A stretch of 64,000 nt of DNA, taken from IMG/VR virus record IMGVR_UViG_3300020056_002227, positions 105,743 through 169,742 of that record; one strand, written 5' to 3'. The DNA comes from a virus. How positions within the stretch are numbered: position 1 is the stretch's first letter; each line of letters begins with the position of its first letter. The position numbers and the translations under genes were made by a program. Shown piece after piece: positions 59,172 through 64,000 of the stretch. A model generated the notes under the pieces. The model was not told the origin of the DNA and ran no database searches. It worked only from the letters and a program-made list of their open reading frames with translations.

Positions 59172-59200
59172 AAGGGAGATCTTCGGATCTCCCTTTTTTT
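59172..59200 (+). terminator. Rho-independent terminator with a cUUCGg tetraloop after gp23
   Basis: AAGGGAGATC-TTCG-GATCTCCCTT followed by a T-run; typical of T4-like phages. Confidence 0.95.
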
Positions 59201-59220
59201 ATGAGCTGTATTTGAGTAAA

Positions 59221-59264
59221 GTGTCATATCATTGAAACTCAATCTTAACACAAACTTCATAAAA
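59221..59264 (+). promoter_or_regulatory. Possible Pho-box-like array (11-bp-period direct repeats)
   Basis: gtgtcat (59221), ttgaaac (59232), tcttaac (59243) and acttcat (59254) compared with the PhoB half-site CTGTCAT; the match is degenerate. Confidence 0.4.
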
Positions 59265-59362
59265 CTTTTGTTCCTCAATGATTAAATAAAGATATGAAAA
59301 CAAAGAACCCCCGGCCGCTAACGCGACGGGGATTTTTTTTGGACAAAAAGAGGAAACAAAGT

Positions 59363-62152
59363 ATGAAATTGAAACAACTTTTTGCAATGACCTTGGTACT
59401 AATACCATTACTAGGTCTAGCAGAAGAAATCCACTATGATAGAAATCAACTCCCACAGCTAAACATTGCCATACTAGAACAAAGTGAATTTGCAGATCGT
59501 ATTGAGGTTACAACTGTACCTGTTGCAGAATTGAAGCCAGTACAGACTCAACGTGTAAAGGATCTGGTAAAACACGAAAAAAGATTAATCAAGGTTCAAC
59601 AAGATACCTATAGACCGCTAGTAATCGATCATGATTACTACATTATTGATGGCCACCATCGGTATGATGCACTTACCGAGATGGGTGTAGAAAAGGCCAG
59701 AGTTGTTATAGTACACGCAAATATTGCTGATGTGGTAGAAGCGTTTCCTCAATACCGAGATGATACACCTACATACGAACCCATGGAAGAAGTTCGAGTA
59801 GTAGGCTCTCGAGCAAATCTAATCAATGCCGTCGATAAGCAAATGATGGCAGATAACATTATCTCAGTTGTCGATTCAGATGCACTAGGTAATTTCCCCG
59901 ATGCAACTGCAGCAGATGCTGTTCGGCGACTCTCTGGTATCAATGTAGAGAATGATCAAGGTGAAGGTCGGTATATTACCATTCGTGGTTTATCCTCTGA
60001 CCTGAATGCAGTTTCTGTAAATGGTGCTTCTATGGTTGCACCAGAGAATGGCCGATCTGTTATCATGGATGGAATTCCAACTGAATTGCTTGACAGCATC
60101 ACAGTGGCAAAATCTTTGGTACCCGAAATGGATTCTGATAGTATTGGTGGCCGTGTAGAATTCAATACAAAGAGAGCAACCGAACTTGAAGATCGTTTAT
60201 TCAATGTAAAGCTTGCTACCAAATGGAGCGAGAAGGATGATAAGAAGATGCCTAATGCATCTGTCATCTATGGTGATTATATTACCGATAATCTTGCACA
60301 CATTGTAGGTCTCACTTATTCTTCTCGCAGAATCATCTCGCATAATAATGAGACTGGTTTTGGTTGGGAAGATGGTTTAATGAATGACGATTATGAAATG
60401 CGTTGGTATGATGTTGAGCGCGAGCGATATGGATTTAGTTATGATATTGCTTACGATGCAGGAACAACTTTATACTATGCAAACATTCTTCATAACCAAT
60501 ACGATGAGACAGAAACACGTTTTAAAAATGAATATGGTAAGATTAAGAACACCGGAGTAGTCTTTGATAATGCTGTAGAATCTTCTCGTGTTCGGCATGA
60601 CGTGGAGACAAAACAACGGTATGAAACTAGAACAATCAGTGCAGCCTCTCTTGGATTCGAGCATTTGGGTGCCGTTACGATTGATGGTCAACTGTCTTTC
60701 TCCAGAGCAGAAGAGGATGATTCTGATAACGCCGATGTTACCTTCCGTAATTACGACAAAGATTTCGGTGCTCTTTTCGATTGGAGCAATCCACGACTCC
60801 CCACAGTCACTCCATATGATCTCACTCTAAGAGATCCAGCTAATCTTGAATTTGATGCGTTCGAAACATGGTCGAATGTGAGTCAAGATGAAGAGGTTGC
60901 CGCACAGTTGAATTTCGAATTCGATACAGGCATTGGCATGATCAAGACTGGTGTGAAATATCGAGGTCGAGAAAAGGTCGTCGATGACTACATCATCGGC
61001 TACACTTGGGATCGTACCCTTGCAGATTTCGAATCAGAATCCCCTGATTGGATTTGGGATCAAACATTTGGTTCTCACCTTTCTGGATCTGATACATATG
61101 CACTACTTGATTCCGTCGGGCAAATGGAAGTCGATTTTGAAGATGATTTGAGCAGAGATTTTTCTACCAAAGAAAATATCATGGCTGCATATATTCAAGA
61201 CACGATTGACTTAGAAAATGCTGTTATCATTTTCGGTGTTCGGTACGAAGCCACTGATTTCAAATCTATTGCATATGATCAGAATGGTGATCTCGTATAT
61301 GCAGAAAATGATTACGATTTTGTTGCTCCAAACCTGACGGTTAAGTATTTTTTAAATGATAATATTCAGGTTCGTGGCGCATTGTGGCGTGGACTCTCTA
61401 GACCTGGTTTCAAAGAGACTGCTCCAAAAACATCTGTTGATGTAGACACCTCTGGTGATACTACTGGATCAGTTGGTAACCCAGATCTCTTACCATATGA
61501 AGCAGATAACTTTGATCTGTCTATCGAATATTATGGTGAAGGGATGACCTTTGCATCGATTGGTTTCTTCTATAAGAATATTGCTAATGCCATCTACCCA
61601 ACATATCAACTGAATGGTACATTTAATGGCATTATATTCAACGATGGAGTAGAGACATGGATTAATGCTGATGATTCTACTGTAAGAGGTCTCGAGGTCA
61701 ACCTACAGTACGGCTGGGAGAATGGACTCTACGTTGCTCTAAATGGTACGCTCACTGACAGTGAATCCGTGTTCTCGTTCGATAATGATCAGACATTCTC
61801 TACCCCTTTCCGTAAATTAGCTGACAAGGCTGCAAACTTGAGTTTGGGCTATGAGACAGATAAGATCGATATTCGACTTGCTGGGACATATAGAGATGAA
61901 TATCTTGATTGGCTTGCAGATGAAGATGGAGATATCACGAGTGTGAGTGATAATAACTCCAGATTTGTTGCACCTCATATGCAGATCGACTTGACTGCAA
62001 AATATATCGTGAATGAATCAATGACGCTTCGATTTGAAGCAATTAACATCAATGATCGCGATGAGTATTACTACTGGGGTAATGAGAATCAACTCTCTCA
62101 GTTCGATAACTACGGTGTATCATATGTCGTGGGGATTGACTTCAGACTCTAA
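59363..62152 (+). CDS. TonB-dependent receptor with a signal peptide and an N-terminal ParB/Srx-like domain
   Basis: ATG at 59363 after GAGG. Signal peptide MKLKQLFAMTLVLIPLLGLA; PLVID..YYIIDGHHRY.A (ParB/Srx); EEVRVVG TonB box; plug motif AADAVRRLSGI...DQGEGRYITIRGL...GGRVEF; barrel motifs GNPDL.P and NINDR..Y. Confidence 0.9.
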   Translation: MKLKQLFAMTLVLIPLLGLAEEIHYDRNQLPQLNIAILEQSEFADRIEVTTVPVAELKPVQTQRVKDLVKHEKRLIKVQQDTYRPLVIDHDYYIIDGHHRYDALTEMGVEKARVVIVHANIADVVEAFPQYRDDTPTYEPMEEVRVVGSRANLINAVDKQMMADNIISVVDSDALGNFPDATAADAVRRLSGINVENDQGEGRYITIRGLSSDLNAVSVNGASMVAPENGRSVIMDGIPTELLDSITVAKSLVPEMDSDSIGGRVEFNTKRATELEDRLFNVKLATKWSEKDDKKMPNASVIYGDYITDNLAHIVGLTYSSRRIISHNNETGFGWEDGLMNDDYEMRWYDVERERYGFSYDIAYDAGTTLYYANILHNQYDETETRFKNEYGKIKNTGVVFDNAVESSRVRHDVETKQRYETRTISAASLGFEHLGAVTIDGQLSFSRAEEDDSDNADVTFRNYDKDFGALFDWSNPRLPTVTPYDLTLRDPANLEFDAFETWSNVSQDEEVAAQLNFEFDTGIGMIKTGVKYRGREKVVDDYIIGYTWDRTLADFESESPDWIWDQTFGSHLSGSDTYALLDSVGQMEVDFEDDLSRDFSTKENIMAAYIQDTIDLENAVIIFGVRYEATDFKSIAYDQNGDLVYAENDYDFVAPNLTVKYFLNDNIQVRGALWRGLSRPGFKETAPKTSVDVDTSGDTTGSVGNPDLLPYEADNFDLSIEYYGEGMTFASIGFFYKNIANAIYPTYQLNGTFNGIIFNDGVETWINADDSTVRGLEVNLQYGWENGLYVALNGTLTDSESVFSFDNDQTFSTPFRKLADKAANLSLGYETDKIDIRLAGTYRDEYLDWLADEDGDITSVSDNNSRFVAPHMQIDLTAKYIVNESMTLRFEAININDRDEYYYWGNENQLSQFDNYGVSYVVGIDFRL

Positions 62153-63798
62153 AAAAGACAAATGTCGGCTGGGGCATTTGTCCAGATGCTCCAGACCGGC
62201 TCATCTTCCACATCAATATTACGAGAGAATTGAATTTGATGTTCTTTCTCACTTAATTGACTCATCAGCCATCTTGCTCTTAGGAGAGAATCTACTGAAT
62301 CCGTGGGTGGTGGCTGATTTTCTATTTCGTCTAAGCAGAAGCAACCACCATTAGTTCCAATGGAAACACTCTGTCCTGTTTCTGGTATTTCACAGGTAAC
62401 ACTTCTATCTGAAAATCTGCCTGTTGCTAAGTCAGCATATGACATAATCGTACCGTAACCACCGTATATACCTTCATATTCTGGATTATCGGCCTGAGCA
62501 TTATAACCTGGTATATTGTATCCATAAGAATATTCAAACAAGCCTGGTTCATTTGCATCTTCCCATTCGTGCTGTAAGCCTAATAAATGACCCGCCTCAT
62601 GTATGAATGTCTCATGAGCCCTTTCATAATATCTAGTATTTGCTGCCTCTTGAAACGTGCTATTGTGGAAGCATTGAGTGATACCTCTACTCTTATCTAT
62701 CCCTCTCGTAGCGTCCAAGTGAGCGACCCCACAAGCGACAGGGTCATTGTGTTTCTTCTTGAATAAAAACGCTAGGTCAGCATTAGCTTCACGTTGCCAT
62801 CTATCAATGTTCTGAAATTCATATTTACCATTGAAAAATGCCCGATATTGCCTATACAGGTCACCTTCAGCAACATCAACCATTACTATATCTGCTACTC
62901 GTAAAAGAACATATGTACCGCTTACCATAAACATATGATTTGCCTCGTAGAATTGCTTATCTACAAATTCTTCTACAGTCATACCATCACGTTCTTCTTC
63001 AGTCATATTCGTATCAAACACTACCAACATATCAATAATCGCGCGACCCGCGTGCTCTTCTACTGGCTGATATGGATACGATACATCGGTTTTTTGTTTA
63101 ATACCATCACAGGTCATATAATCATAGCGACCGTCACCAGTATCAGTTCGAACTGTCGGGCAGTCTGTTGGTTTTTCCATTTGAACAAAACAAGATGGAT
63201 CGAGGTGTACAGTACGTTCTGTATATGTGCCACCTTCTCCGTCTGCATAGTCTTGCAGTCTATCTTCTGGTAATAGATGATTGATGTTTTGCCAGTGGGG
63301 ATCGTATTCTTCTGGTGTCAATGATCCAGCACAATATGAGTCACCTAGTAGTGTACCTTCTTCGGGCGGTGGTTCCCAGCCACAATCTGCTGAATCAGTC
63401 TCTACCACCTCTGTATAAGAACCACCTTCGCCGTCAGCAAAATCCTGTACCTTATCAAAATCACCAAGATTTTGTATCGTATTGAGTAGGTCTAAAAATT
63501 GTTGTTCTGTACTGTTTGCACAGTAGGGATCGGAGAGGGGTGTACCAAACAGTGGTGGTTTTTCATACCCACAAGCTTCAGAATTTGGAGTTTCTTCAGT
63601 TGTTGATCCACCATTACCATCAGCAATGACTTGAATAAGAGTAGTACCGTCACACGATTCTTCTAAAACGGTTCCAGCATCGGGGTATGAGGGCGCGGGT
63701 GTTACAACAATTGGTTCGGTGGGTTCAGGTTCATTTGTACTGCCTCCACCACAAGCAGTAAGAAGGAAAATCAGTAGACTCAGGGTAATTTGTTTCAT
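62149..63798 (-). CDS. Lipoprotein zinc metalloprotease (metzincin, reprolysin/M12-like)
   Basis: ATG at 63798 after GAGGT. Lipobox LLTA-C-GGG; three ADGxGG..T...C repeats; zinc motif HEAGHLLGLQH and Met-turn GTIMSY. Confidence 0.85.
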   Translation of the reverse strand: MKQITLSLLIFLLTACGGGSTNEPEPTEPIVVTPAPSYPDAGTVLEESCDGTTLIQVIADGNGGSTTEETPNSEACGYEKPPLFGTPLSDPYCANSTEQQFLDLLNTIQNLGDFDKVQDFADGEGGSYTEVVETDSADCGWEPPPEEGTLLGDSYCAGSLTPEEYDPHWQNINHLLPEDRLQDYADGEGGTYTERTVHLDPSCFVQMEKPTDCPTVRTDTGDGRYDYMTCDGIKQKTDVSYPYQPVEEHAGRAIIDMLVVFDTNMTEEERDGMTVEEFVDKQFYEANHMFMVSGTYVLLRVADIVMVDVAEGDLYRQYRAFFNGKYEFQNIDRWQREANADLAFLFKKKHNDPVACGVAHLDATRGIDKSRGITQCFHNSTFQEAANTRYYERAHETFIHEAGHLLGLQHEWEDANEPGLFEYSYGYNIPGYNAQADNPEYEGIYGGYGTIMSYADLATGRFSDRSVTCEIPETGQSVSIGTNGGCFCLDEIENQPPPTDSVDSLLRARWLMSQLSEKEHQIQFSRNIDVEDEPVWSIWTNAPADICLF

Positions 63799-63858
63799 AT
63801 GTACCTCATGTTTAAACATATCAGTACATGATACCACCATGAATCTACTGAATTTCTT

Positions 63859-63999
63859 TTATTTATTCTTACCCTGCCAAGGTTGTGTGCAATCCATTTT
63901 ATGGTTTCCTTTCATGCCACACTGAGGACAAGGCTTTGCAAAAATACGATCCCAATTACTCTCGTATACTTTACGATCTACCTTTATTGGTCTAGGTTT
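63859..63999 (-). CDS. Partial small protein (start outside the window) with a NWDRIF motif and CxxC-H-C putative zinc ligands
   Basis: Translated by hand: KPRPIKVDRKVYESNWDRIFAKPCPQCGMKGNHKMDCTQPWQGKNK-stop. Confidence 0.55.
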   Translation of the reverse strand, partial: KPRPIKVDRKVYESNWDRIFAKPCPQCGMKGNHKMDCTQPWQGKNK

Positions 64000-64000
64000 A

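Noticed and set aside
59294-59362. Longer TBDR start with a twin-arginine-like TRRGFF motif
   Set aside because: The segment coincides with the hairpin and T-run. ATG 59363 has a good SD and a classic Sec signal, and outer-membrane barrels use Sec export.
59500-59740. ParABS partition system
   Set aside because: The ParB-like domain follows a signal peptide, lacks an HTH, and has no parA nearby.
1-64000. Stop-codon reassignment or programmed frameshifts
   Set aside because: Core genes gp13-gp23 are full length in the standard code and genes tile densely; I saw no split genes.

Overview
This is a 64-kb segment of a large T4-like (myovirus) phage genome, probably aquatic/marine, with a Gram-negative host that uses TonB (inferred from the phage-borne TonB-dependent receptor and lipoprotein). 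Almost everything is on the + strand, and many genes are preceded by T4-type late promoters (TATAAATA or AATAAATA). Bases 1-45.4 kb form a greatly expanded virion-appendage region. It contains a 5'-truncated protein of ~160-aa repeats carrying a phycocyanin-like KCxRDxGY motif, a Gly-X-Gln collagen fibre with an S74 chaperone, four more fibre proteins (up to ~3350 aa), fibre chaperones and sugar-modifying enzymes. It also contains a duplicated three-gene modular cassette with swapped tip domains and a C-terminal Hint domain. Bases 45.4-59.2 kb are the conserved T4 neck/terminase/tail/head block (gp13-gp23), with a cytidylyltransferase inserted between gp15 and gp16. After the gp23 terminator lie a TonB-dependent receptor with an N-terminal ParB/Srx-like domain behind a Pho-box-like element, and a convergent lipoprotein metzincin. 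The top leads are the phycobiliprotein-like virion repeats, the ParB-TBDR plus protease envelope module, and the duplicated Hint-containing cassette. All calls come from motif recognition by eye; no searches were run. I saw no tRNA, rRNA, CRISPR array or mobile element.
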